64,000 nt of DNA, from assembly GCA_964016885.1 (NCBI GenBank), contig OZ024755.1, positions 9,486,001 through 9,550,000 of the forward strand, given 5' to 3'. The notes beneath the pieces are model-generated. The model made no database searches. It saw only the letters and a program-made list of their open reading frames with translations, and was not told the origin of the DNA. The DNA is from Eledone cirrhosa. Lineage: Eukaryota. This document shows positions 1 through 13,600 of the stretch, one piece after another (positions within the stretch are counted from its first letter, which is position 1; every line of letters starts with the position of its first letter). A program made the position numbers and the translations under genes.

Positions 1-18
1 TGACATAACTGATTTATT

Positions 19-55
<37 letters not shown>

Positions 56-104
56 CACACAGAATAAATTACCTTTTTATAATGTCTACCTGTTATTATT
101 CATT

Positions 105-146
<42 letters not shown>

Positions 147-3100
147 GAGAGAGAGAGAGTGTGAGAATCTCCCCCAGTGCTAGGCTGATACTTTTTTAGC
201 GACCTCGGAAGAATGAAAGGCAAAGTTGCCCTCGGTAGAATTCTAACGAATTCATTCACCACCTAAAGTAGAAATATAGGTAATTAAAAATACAGTAAAA
301 TTATTTCTACTTCCTTCTTTAGTCAATAAATGAAGCAAAGTTATCAACGAGAAACATGGACTTGGTGAGGTTCTTGGCAATGTTTTTCATTCTTAGTTGT
401 TTTCCCTCTTTGTCATTTATATATGGAGTTTGTTACGAATTTCAATTTGTATTTTTCATATTTTGAAATAGAATCTTGCTTTTTCGCGGCACACCTAATT
501 ACATCTTGTGGCACATAGTTTAGGAAACACTGCTCTACTATATGATATAATAAAAACTCGGCTGCTTTTTTAGAGATTCGAGAACAGTTGACGGTGAGTC
601 AACACATCTTCCTATTTCTAGTTTCATGACCAAAACAATTAACAAGGGGTAAACATTATTCATATTACATTCTATATATTTACGAGGTAGTGAGAGAAAA
701 CAGTGGTTTCTAATTTAGGCAGAAGACCAACAATTTGGGGGAAGGAGAATGTCGATTAAATCCAAATAATAATAATATAAGAAGAAACTCTACACCCTTA
801 GTTGGGCAGTATATCTCAGCTGCACTCCACAGACATGATGGCAAACGCAATGCCGTGGAATATAGCTAGCGATACCCGCTGCATCAGCCATTCCACTTCA
901 TGGAGCTCCTTCCTTGGATGGGATGCCATCTTCCAGATTTGGCGGGGCAGAGAAAAACGATGGTAGTGTTTAATTATGTATATACAATAAGGCAAATTGG
1001 CAGAGTCGTTATAACGTCGAATAGAATGCTTTGCAGTATTCGTTCCGACTCTGTTCTCATCCCAACGAGGTCAACATTGTCTTTCATTTAAAGACGATAA
1101 AAAAGTACCAGTCTAGTACTGGGCTTGATTCTTTCTCTATGTCTCTTTCTCACTATCCTTCTCTGGAAGAAATCTGCAGTATTCAGACCTGGAGAGATGA
1201 TGGGTTTTAAAATGCCACAGAAACGCCATATGACCCTCAGGAGTTACGGGTGTATATATATAGATAAAGATATATACCACACACAATGATTTATATTATC
1301 ATCTGTAAACTATGTCACCCAGACCACATGCAAAACCTCATCAGTTATTTTATGATACGTGTAATGTTATGATTATATAAACATAAATTTATTTTTTTAT
1401 AAAACTCAATCTTTAGGTCCAATTTTATTGGTTTAAGTTATTTCGTTTCTTTCTATCAATCATTCACTCACACCTTCTCTTGCTGACTAGAATCAAGGCT
1501 GACTAAAATCATCAACTAATAAAAACGAAACATACAATGTTTATTAAATTATTCTTTTAGTAGTGCAGCTTGACATATGATGAATAATACAGCCCACTAT
1601 GGTTCATTCACACACGCTTTCTCTCAATTACAATTTTACTGGAATTATGAACCAGTCAAAACGAAACATAGACAATGTTTGTTATAATAGTCTTTTAGTT
1701 ATGTGACCCAGAAAAAGACAACCTGTGCCAAATTAACTCTAATCAGTAACACAGTAAAATTGTTATTATTATTTATATCTGGCTGGATATGGACGGTTTA
1801 AATGCTAAAGTGTTAAAGGCTCAATAATGTGCCTCTCTGATGTCTGCGCCTTGGCGATTACTTAATTGTCTTTAATGATTAGGCCGGTCCTATGCTTAGC
1901 TCACTGGAAATTGACTTTCTATGCTATAAAGTTCAGCTTGTATGTATGGATAGATCCGTAACTCCTGATGGAGTCGTAGGGGCACCATATTGACATATGG
2001 CGTTCCTTGGACCTTTTTTCTTTAACCTAGCGAAGCCCATTTCTTCTCCTGATCTGAACACAGCAGATTTCAACCAGAGAAGGATATATATAGTGAGAGA
2101 AAGGAAATGAGAAAGATATATAGAGGAAGGATCAACACCAGTACTAGACTGGTATTTTTTTATCGACCTCGAAAGGATGAAAAACAAAGTTGACCTCGGT
2201 GGGATTTGAACTCAGAAAGCAACGAGACGGAACGAATGCCATAAAGCATTCTGCCCGACGAGCGAGGGACTCTGCCAATATGCCACCTCAAAGTTACACA
2301 GTGGAATTTGTTTTTAAATACCAACTGAATAAATAAATAAAAATAGATATTTAGAAACCGCCCTTACACACAATTTTGGTTTTCATTTTAGAATAAAAAT
2401 ATTATTTTGTCTGGACTATTTTGAGGAGGGTTAACATAAATTTAGAAACATTCGTTATATAATACTATAAACTAACAGCAATTTACAGGCTTGGTTCATG
2501 AGTTAAACAATATGAGTAACCAGATTCCAGCAGTTAAGTGGATTCAAAACACACTATCTTGGTTAAAATGTATCATTATACCCCGTAAGGATGAAAGGCA
2601 AAGTTAACCTCGGCGGGATTTGAACTCAGTTACGGCTCTTGCCATTCTGAGTTCAAATCCCGCCGAGGTTAACTTTGCCTTTCATCCTTACGGGGTCGAT
2701 AAAATAAAGTACCAGTAATGTACTGGGTAATTTCTGGCCTTGTGCCAATAGTAGAAACAATTATAATGAAATATATATACACACACACATATATGTATAT
2801 ATAAACAGGTATTTATTCACTATCAAACCATTCTTCCAGATGTACGTGTCAAATCTTCAGTTCGTCCATAGTATACATGCATATATATATAATGGAATAC
2901 TCCTATGTTTTACCGGCGAAGAATCGAAACCGAATCTGAGAGTTCCCACCTCTGGGACAATCTATCGTTGGAAGTTCTCACCATTGTCCTGTCAAGACAA
3001 CGAGGATAAATGTACATTCCATTTGCCCTGTGACCCCAATTTCTTGGGAGATGCTAACCACAGGTCAGACCATAAATCAACCTCATATATCCATCCTTCT

Positions 3101-3619
3101 AACTTTAGCACTTATTATAAATACAGTTTCATCGACTGGTTTGCAGCATTGGTGCACCAGAGAACTGCACCAACGCTGTGAGGCTGTCGAATCTTCAAGG
3201 AGACCCCTCATTTTTTTGATCTGACCGTTAGAAAGTGAATATTTCTCTGGAGGCAGAAATCGTCACGTGGTAGAGGTCACGGGAGAGTGGCAAAGGCCGG
3301 ACATTTGGTGAGTACCACATTTGCTAGAAAAAGCAGCCAACACCCACCTAATTAACGCTCCAATAAAGTAATAAGATACTCACACAGATACATAAATATA
3401 TGAGTGTATAATGTCCCACCATGACTATATATGGTATTAAAAAGATTAGAGGGCAGAAGCAGTTGATTTAGGTTTATTTATATTTCCGTTGACCTTAATG
3501 ATGATTAAAAAAATCTCAGAATGTATATCCAAAACTATGTTGTGGTGTGTAATTGAGTATGTATATCTTCTCCCGCTATTTCCTGTAAACCTTTATACAA
3601 AGCAGTTAATACATACATA

Positions 3620-3805
3620 TAGGACCACATAGAACAAGAGGCGAAAGGGGTGGGCAAACGAACCGCTTCCAGAGCAAAAGATAACAGTATCGCAAAGAGC
3701 AACGGGCAACTATTCTAATAATGTTTTAGGCAAGCCAGCACGCTCGCAGCGTTACCTCCGGTGATGGCGAGGCTGGTGCACTGGAACAACTAAGCGCCCT
3801 CAACG
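3620..3805 (-). mobile_element. CRE-clade non-LTR element 3' fragment
   Basis: Minus-strand translation LFQCTSLAITGGNAASVLAC resembles the CRE C-terminal FQRxSxAIxRGNAA motif. Confidence 0.55.
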
Positions 3806-6624
3806 AGCATTTGGTAACTTATGTAAATAAAAGGTGTATAAAATCTGTATGTCATTTTGCCAGTGTCAGAAACACTGATCTAACAAACCTCCTTGTGTCA
3901 GTAGAACACCACTTATCAGCTTTATCAGTATTCTAATCAATTATATTGTCTAACCGCCCAACATACACACAAGTTCGGAGTCACATTTCGTTTATTCAAT
4001 CTTCGAAGATTCTCATTAAAAAACATAATAATAATAATTCTTTTTTTATTGGCCACAAGGGCCTATAGGTTGGCATCAAGAAAAACATTATATATATATA
4101 CATATATGCAATGACGGACTGGGTCTAAAAATATCGGGTGCCAGGAGATGAAGGGAGCCCACCTACATATAGAATGCTATCATTTAATTTTGTTTTTGAA
4201 AGTAGGTTTATAATTATTAATTTTCATTATACTTTTGTATACATACCCTAGTTCCGCTTCTGCACACACGCATACATGTGTGTGTATGTATTGTTTTGAA
4301 ATTCTAAAGATCATTGTTAATATAGTGTAACAGAGATAAACTATATTATGACATCAAATTTATAGTCATTTGTATTCTAAATTCAAGATGACATGTGTTG
4401 ATTGCTGTGAACTTTGAAATATTTGATGTTAGAAGTAACGGGAAGGGATAATTAGACAAGCTATAGCGGATATGTTTAAGAAGTTCACTTCACAACCACA
4501 TCATACTGTAGTACATACTCTTGGGTGTCTACTATCATATCCTGTCAGTGGGACTTTACAGATGGAAACTGTGCGAACGCCTATCGTGTATAAATACTTT
4601 GACTTGTTTTCTTTTTTTTATTTATTGATTTATTTATATATTTTTACTGGTTTTTAGGCATTAGACTTCGACCACGTTGGGGCACCGTCTCGATTTAGTT
4701 GATAATATATCGACCTCGGTACTTTTTTTTTTTTTTTCTAAATCTGGTATTTTTTCCATCGACACGTTTTTGTATGACCGCTAAGTTATGGGACATAAAC
4801 ACCCGCCCACACATGTCTGGAATATATTTTATTACTGAGGTTATGGTAACGTAATGATTGTGAAACGAACTTCTTAACCATGCTGCTGCCACAAAGTGAC
4901 AGTAACGACCTGCACACATTTTATACAAGATTTGACCACTCGAAAAGGAAAGGGGAGCGACTTCGTCGAACGGACGGCAATCGCCAAACTAAGGCATGCG
5001 CCTTAAGAAGGTTGAGACGCTTTCGAAAAACAACTCGGGTCCGGCTACGGTTCCGGCTTAGAGGCGTTCAGCCGTTATCGCTCAGAGGTAGCGATCAAGG
5101 TCTGTCTTTTTTTTCTCTTTTTTTTTTTGTGAAAAGAAACCAACTACCTCGAGGCTCCTTCTGGTGATGTCGAGCAGTGGAGCCGGCTTGCACTAAGGCG
5201 GTAAGATAACGGGTGCAGGCCGTATCGTTGCCCACTGATCCACAATGGTATGTGTGGCTCATAGTTCCACTCCAATGTGGGTGCAAATCCTCGTCAAGAA
5301 GAGAACTGGTTAATAAGGAAGGCACCGAATCGAGCCATGTGTCACTGTTTGGTTGCGAGACAGAGCGTAAGCAGATGAGACGGTGTTGGTCCGAAGAATT
5401 CTAGATCCCCCTGAAGGCAGTCTTTGTACTTGACATTGTCCCAATTAAACGAAAGATTATCACGTTTGTTACATGCGTGGTAACTGCGAGTTTAATATCT
5501 AATAGTGTTAGTGGAAAACATTTTCTTTTTTAAAAACTTAAATTATTCTGTGCTCAAAATTAATTCACCTTATCTAAATTGAGTTGATAGGTCACAGAGA
5601 ACTAAGATTCCATTGGGGACATGACCTCCCCAAACTACCAAAACACATCTAAATGTATATGCGCTACAATTTATGTACATGTTATGTTTATTGCATATCG
5701 AGGGTTTTTATATCGTGGTTGATATTTGATAATAATAACTAAACTAATCACTACAACTAAATATTGACCAAATTTGCCACACTCATTTCATAAAAGCTTC
5801 CACCGCCCCTGATATATATATATCTTGAGCTCAGCCGTCGGGGTCCTACTTGTTCCTATTACCCACTTTACTACCCTAAGTATTGAGTACTTTGGTGCGT
5901 TATGGTCCATCTGGTTCCTTACCACATTTCCTTCGTTATATATATATATAGAGAGAGAGAGAGAGAAGTCTGCTCCTCTCTCTTCAAATCAATAGCTTAT
6001 TATCTAATTACATATTCCTTATTATGGAATACTTAATCACAAATTTCATATAATTAACTTAAATATCTAATAATTTCTTGCGATCAATAAATAAATCACT
6101 AAACTTGTGTATCACATAGTAGCCTTTTGTAATTATAAAGCGATGGTGAGGGCCATGTGATGTTATGACCTGCCATATGATTTGGCGTGGGTGAGTGTCG
6201 ATTGTATTGTGGAAAATACAGGCTTAGCAATTTTTCTTGGAGTGGTCAGAGCTAGAAGTGTTAAAAACTAAGTTCGTCAACTTGCTAAACTGCATTAAAC
6301 TTTTGTTGGCATTTAAGGAAAAGTATTAGGGGTTCATTTAATCGAAAACGAAAGAACGTCCGCATTCTACCCTCTTCCCCTTAATTTGTCTCTTCTTATC
6401 TATCTATCTATTTATCTCTCTTTCTTTCTCTGTTTCTTTATATCTGACCCTATTACCTGCTGCCAACACTCATCTAGAGTTATCTCTCTTGCCTACACTA
6501 GTACCTTCCTGAACCAAATAGCAAGACTGCATTGACATTGGAGCTGCTAAAAATAGGTGCCAATTTCCACTCAATTAAATCTCTACCACCTTAGAAAGGA
6601 AGAACACATCGGATAAGAAGGAGG

Positions 6625-6870
6625 CATAATGTTGCAGGTTCGATTCCTGGACCGGGTTTTGTGAGGTGTTCTTCAGCAAAACACTTCATTTCAAGTTGCT
6701 CCAGTATATTCAGCTGAAAATGAATACCACCAATAACTGGGGGTTTAACTCTGTGATAGGCTAGCGTCCTGTCCAGCCATGGGAGGAGTTTTGTTCTCTC
6801 AGTTGCTTCACACCACAGAAACTGTGATAAGGACTGACCTGATGAACCTCCAGGCACGAGACACACTTCT
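6625..6870 (+). mobile_element. tRNA-derived SINE, second family (V-domain-like body)
   Basis: GGTTCGATTCC B box; homologous to 36910-37180. Confidence 0.6.
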
Positions 6871-7370
6871 AACTTTTAGACTTTCTATACTGAAATGAAA
6901 GTAAAACCAGCCGATTCGATGTACCGGGTGTTTTGATTGAACGATTGTAATTAAAGAAGTGAATGAACAAAATGAAGAAAACAAAAGTAAAAATAATGGA
7001 GTTAACTGCAGATAGAAAACTCATTCACGGAAGAAATGAATAAAAATTATCATCACCATTTAACATCTATTTTCCATGATTGCATCATTTAGATGGTCTG
7101 TCTTGTACTGAAGCTAGGAAGATCAGGTGACTATGTCTTGCTCATACACACCATTTTTGGCTTCATTTCTACAGTTGTTTGCCCTTCCTAATGCCACCCA
7201 ACGTATGACGTGTACAGGAAACTTTTATTCGCAACACCAGCATTGCCACCTTAGAGCTTAGACTGCCGACTGGGCACTTTTCGTTGTGGAACTAGCACTA
7301 CTACATCAGAGTGGTAGTATAAGATTAATAAGTTTGGAAAAAAGCAATTCTAATTTTGAATTTAAATAAC

Positions 7371-7376
7371 TTTATT
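7371..7376 (-). terminator. putative polyadenylation signal of the cubilin-like gene
   Basis: AATAAA on the minus strand about 160 nt after the stop. Confidence 0.55.
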
Positions 7377-7533
7377 TTGGGCAAAACAAATACATTATGA
7401 ATCAACTGTCCATACGTTGAACTATTAAACAAAGCAGACATAGACATCAACACAGAGAAAAATAATCTAATTAATTTGATGTGAATAGACGTGACTCTAT
7501 GATCCAGACATGTTGCATGTGAAAAGGAATATT

Positions 7534-7647
7534 CTAATGCCAGCCACTGGTATATCGGATTATGAACTTAGGCTCTCTTGAAGTTCCATCCACTTTCAAG
7601 ACCACATTCATCACATTTGATTGAGATCTAATAGTGTCTGGTTGCTC
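7534..7647 (-). CDS. CUBN: terminal coding exon, CUB27 end and stop
   Basis: cag|EQPDTIRSQSNVMNVVLKVDGTSREPKFIIRYTSGWH-TAG. Confidence 0.87.
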   Translation of the reverse strand, partial: EQPDTIRSQSNVMNVVLKVDGTSREPKFIIRYTSGWH

Positions 7648-10600
7648 CTGAAATGGAGAAAGAATTAAATAATAATAATGATAATAACAATAATGATTTC
7701 TAGTATAGGCACAAGGCCAATAATTTGGGAGGAGGGAAAAATTGAAATGAAGTACCGCACTGGGGTTGATTTATTTTATCGACCCCATAAGGATGAAAGG
7801 TAAAGCGAGCCTTGGCGGGATTTGAACTCAGAACGTAAAGAGCTGTAACTATGCCACAGAGCCCGTTGTCCGATGCTCTACCAATACTGTCAATCCACCC
7901 CTCTAATAATAATTGCTTCTACTTTTGGCACAAGGCCAGCAATTAACCCAGTGTATTACTGGTACTTTATTTTATTGACCCCCGTAAGGATGAAGGCAAA
8001 GTTAACCTCGGCTCTAATAATAATAATAACATACAGACAGACGGAGATCAAAGCCAACTGACCAGACATTATAGTTAAAGACTACAAAAAAAGGTCTTCT
8101 AATTGATGTATCAATCCCAACTGATGATAATATTTCAACCAAGGAGATGGAGAAACTATCCAAATATAAAGATCTAGAGATAGAAATAACCCTAATGTGG
8201 ATGTTGAAGACAGAATCAATACCTATATTATAGGTGGGTTCAATTTCCAGACCAGGCAATGTATGCTTGAGCAATATATTTCATTTCCCTTTGCTCTGAT
8301 CCACCTAGACCACAATTGAAAGGTTTCAGGTTCGTGTTTCAGAGTTTGCAATGTTTTGTCCTTGAGCAAGACACTTCATTTCACATTGTGCTCTGATCTA
8401 TCTAGACCACAATCATAAGGTCAGTAAGTTCAATTTTCTGATTGAGCAATGTTGTATCCTTGACCAAGACAATTTAATATTCCTCCGGTTCCCCTAGACC
8501 ATAATCATAAGGTTCCTGGTTCAATTTCTAGACTGAGCAGTGTACGAGGGTGAGCTGAAAGGTTCATAGGCTGACTATTAAAGAGTGATGCTAGAGCTGT
8601 GAAATCTTGCATGCATTAATTTCAATTCTTCTTATTAATAACTGTGTCGTTTCTTTCCATGAACTATGTTGAAAAATAAACTTCATTTGGTCATTCCATG
8701 GGAGTATCTTGGTCAGCCTATGAATGTTTCAGCCAACACTCATAGTGTCTTTGAGCAAGACATTTCATTTAATGTTGCTCAAGTCCTCTGTAGTTCAACA
8801 AGAGACCAGTACCAGAACTGGGGTTGATTTGATCAACCAAAATCCTATCAAGGCAGTGCTCCAGCATTGACAGACTAATAACTTAAACCAGTAAAAGAAT
8901 AAAAAATAGAGTAACTTACTTCTCCACAATAAGAACCAATGATATTTTGAGGACTTATTAAACCATTGTAAACACTGACATAATTTGTGCTACAGCTTAT
9001 TGTTTTATTTCTATTATCCAAAGCAATCTCTGTGAAATCCAGTTTGATCTTTCTGCCATATGGTACTGATATCTTCCAAATACATTCAGAATTGGTCATT
9101 GTGAAGTTGCTGAAGGTTCTATAATTGGGGCTGGCAAAGGTCCCATTTATACCAATCAGGTTCCCACCACAACCACTTTCTGTCAATAAAATGATTAGGA
9201 AAAATATAATAAAATCTTTAACACAAATACAATATAGCCATTCTCTCTGCTTAAGCAATGAATTCAGCCTTGGAAGTCTCATGACATAGGGCTACTTTTT
9301 AAGGCATGATAATGCTGTGGATTCATTGCTTAGAGTTACTATATATAGTCTCTACCATGGTTAGAGCTACCATATATGGTGTCTACCATGGTTAGAGCTA
9401 CTATATATGGTGTTTACCATGATTAGAGCTACTATATATGGTGTCTACCACTATAATTGTGACTGGCTGACAATATTTTCATTGGATATCTATGGTCACT
9501 ACACAATATCTGCATCAAATATCTGAGATCTCTACACAATATCTGCATCAAATATCTGTGATCTCTACACAATATCTGCATCAGATATCTATGATCACTA
9601 CACAATATCTGTATAAGATATCTGTGATCACTACAAAAGTGCAGACTCAGTTCCCAATGCTGTAGATTCACTGGTTGGAGGCAGCTCAACTCATCCTGGG
9701 TAAACTCCAACACAAGTACAAATAAGTTATAGTTCAATCAATTCAATGTCTAAAGAAGAGGTTCTCAAAGTGGGCGCTATCAACCCTTGGGGGGGGGGGG
9801 GGGGGCTTGAGATCGCCCGGGGTGTGTGGGGGCTAAGGGGTGATATAATAGCGAATTAAATATCAAATGATACTTATTATATATAAATATAGTAAAATAA
9901 AAAATATATATTTATATATAGTATATATTATTTATTTATTATATATTATTTACAATTTGCATGTAGACAAGTCCCTCTGGAAATAGGGTAAGGGGTCACT
10001 GAGAGTATTATGTGGCCGTGAGGGGGCCAATGATTAAAAAAGTTTGAGAACCTCTGGTCTAAAGGAATAACAGAATAAAATAATAAATACTTGCCTTTTG
10101 TTGTTGAGGTAAATATTAAATGATAACCTTTTAAATTGTAGATGAAATCACTATAAAATATCATTGATATATAATTACTTTCTGTAAAAATAGGATTTGG
10201 TAAAGAGTAGCCACAATAGCGCTGGGAATATTTACTTGTCGAGTTGACATGATAATTAACCTAAATGAAAAAGAAAACATTATTTCATATAAAGAAGTGG
10301 ATTTGGAGAAAAATTTTAAATTTACACTAGCCATGATTGGAAACTGGTTAAGTTCTATATTCCTTATGTTTTTAAATCTCAAAGCAAAATTGACTGCTAG
10401 CAATTACATCCATGAGTAGCAGAGCCTTAGATATAGCAGACAGCTGTGAAATATATGATATATAATATCATACACAAGGTAGAGCTGACTGCTACCAATT
10501 ACATCCATTTCATCATAGCACCAGTAGATTGGGTGCTTCTACCACCACAACGACCTTACAGAGTGGATTAGGTTCTTTCTTTTGTCGTGGCACCAGTATG

Positions 10601-13600
10601 ACTCCTATACAGTGTGTACTGGGTGTTTTTTTGTTATGGCACCAGTCTGACCACCTTACAGTGTGGACTGGGTGTTTTTTGTTATGGCACCAGCATAATT
10701 ACATTGCAGTATGGGCTATGTGCTTTTTTATCGTGGTACCAATGTGACCACCTTACAGGCTGGGCTGTGTGCTTTTTGTCGTGGCACCTGTACAACCACC
10801 TTACAGGCTGGGATGCATGACTTTTTTTTTGTCATGACACCAGCATAGTGGGAGAGTAATGATATTTTTATATTCCAATTAATGAAAGTTGTTGAAAACC
10901 TCCAGAGTCCAGTAACCTCCCTATTGTTACTAGTGTTAAAACCACCTTAATGTCCAATCCTCCAGAGTTCAGTAACCTCCCTGTTGTTAGTAGTGTTAAA
11001 ACCACCTTAATGTCCAAACCTCCAGAGTCCAGTAACCTACCTAGTGTTACTAGTGTTAAAACCACCTTAATGCCCAAACCTCCAGAGTCCAGTAACCTCC
11101 CTGTTGTTACTAGTGTTAAAACCACCTTAATGTCCAAACCTCCAGAGTCCAGTAACCTCCCTAGTGTTACTAGTGTTAAAACCACCTTAATGTCCAAACC
11201 TCCAGAGTCCAGTAACCTCCCTAGTGTTACTAGTGTTAAAACCACCTTAATGTCCAAACCTCCAGAGTCCAGTAACCTCCCTAGTGTTACTAGTGTTAAA
11301 ACCACCTTAATGTCCAAACCTCCACAGTCCAGTAACCTCCCTGTTGTTACTAGTGTTGTAAAATAACAAACATGAAATTGCTTCAAATGATAAATAAAAG
11401 AAAATAAGGTGAAAATACAGGTACTCACCAAGAGATAATCATAGTTACATCTCCGATGAGACTCAAGTGCAAAGGAATAAAAGAATAAGGAGACTTTGGT
11501 TCCAACAGGTGTTTGTATATTGATAGAACAGTTAATAAATGAAGAATATCTGTTAGGCCAGCCAGGACTGAATATTTCTCCATTATCACCTGTGTAGCTG
11601 CGATTACAACCTGACAGAACAATAAAGTAAACAATCAACAACAACAATGGATATTTGCTTTATTATGAAAAGCAGCTACAATTTATATATTGGCTTCAAA
11701 ATAGTTGAATATGTCTGGTAAATTACTGTTGGAGATGAAATAATGTGGATAGAGACACCCACAGAATAGTGACCATACATCTGTGATATGCTGGATAGCT
11801 GTGACAGACATCTGTAATATAGTGACCACACATCTGTGATATGCTGGATAGCTGTGAAAGACATCTGTAATATAGTGACCATACATCTGTGATATGCTGG
11901 ATAGCTGTGACAGACATCTGTAATATAGTGACCATACATCTGTTATATGCTGGATAGCTGTGAAAGACATCTGTAATATAGTGATCATACATCTGTGATA
12001 TGTTGGATAGCTGTGAAAGACATCTGTAATATAGTGACCATACATCTGTGATATGTTGGATAGCTGTGACAGACATCTGTAATATAGTGATCATACATCT
12101 GTGATATGTTGGATAGCTGTGAAAGACATCTGTAATATAGTGACCATACATCTGTGATATGTTGGATAGCTGTGACAGACATCTGTAATATAGTGACCAT
12201 ACATCTGTGATATGCTGGATAGCTGTGACAGACATCTGTAATATAGTGATCATACATCTGTGATATGTTGGATAGCTGTGACAGACATCTGTAATATAGT
12301 GACCATACATCTGTTATATGCTGGATAGCTGTGACAGACATCTGTAATATAGTGACCTCACATCTGTTATATGTTGGATAGCTGTGACAGACATCTGTAA
12401 TATAGTGATCATACATCTGTGATATGCTGGATAGCTGTGACAGACATCTGTAATATAGTGACCACACATCTGTTATATGTTGGACAACTGTGACAGACAT
12501 CTGTAATATAGTGACCACACATCTGTGATATGTTGGATAGCTGTGACAGACATCTGTAATATAGTGATCATACATCTGTGATATGTTGGATAGCTGTGAC
12601 AGACATCTGTAATATAGTGATCATACATCTGTGATATGTTGGATAGCTGTGACAGACATCTGTAATATAGTGACCATACATCTGTTATATGCTGGATAGC
12701 TGTGACAGACATCTGTAATATAGTGACCATACATCTGTTATATGCTGGATAGCTGTGAAAGACATCTGTAATATAGTGATCATACATCTGTGATATGTTG
12801 GATAGCTGTGACAGACATCTGTAATATAGTGATCATACATCTGTGATATGTTGGATAGCTGTGACAGACATCTGTAATATAGTGATCATACATCTGTGAT
12901 ATGCTGGATAGCTGTGACAGACATCTGTAATATAGTGATCATACATCTGTGATATGTTGGATAGCTGTGACAGACATCTGTAATATAGTGACCACACATC
13001 TGTGATATGTTGGATAGCTGTGACAGACATCTGTAATATAGTGATCATACATCTGTGATATGCTGGATAGCTGTGAAAGACATCTGTAATATAGTGATCA
13101 TACATCTGTGATATGTTGGATAGCTGTGAAAGACATCTGTAATATAGTGACCACACATCTGTGATATGTTGGATAGCTGTGACAGACATCTGTAATATAG
13201 TGACCATACATCTGTGATATGCTGGATAGCTGTGAAAGACATCTGTAATATAGTGACCATACATCTGTTATATGCTGGATAGCTGTGACAGACATCTGTA
13301 ATATAGTGATCATACATCTGTGATATGCTGGATAGCTGTGAAAGACATCTGTAATATAGTGACCATACATCTGTGATATGTTGGATAGCTGTGACAGACA
13401 TCTGTAATATAGTGACCATACATCTGTGATATGTTGGATAGCTGTGAAAGACATCTGTAATATAGTGACCATACATCTGTGATATGTTGGATAGCTGTGA
13501 CAGACATCTGTAATATAGTGACCATACATCTGTTATATGCTGGATAGCTGTGAAAGACATCTGTAATATAGTGACCATACATCTGTTATATGCTGGATAG

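Noticed and set aside
2647-2665. tRNA genes suggested by GTTCAAATCC B-boxes
   Set aside because: No cloverleaf; these are SINE heads.
2840-3224. 113-aa and 64-aa ORFs downstream of the gene
   Set aside because: No recognisable domain or splice pattern; possibly decayed TE, unassigned.
10950-11366. Mucin-like Ser/Thr/Pro ORF
   Set aside because: Plus-strand reading of the 60-bp repeat; no signal peptide or splice context.
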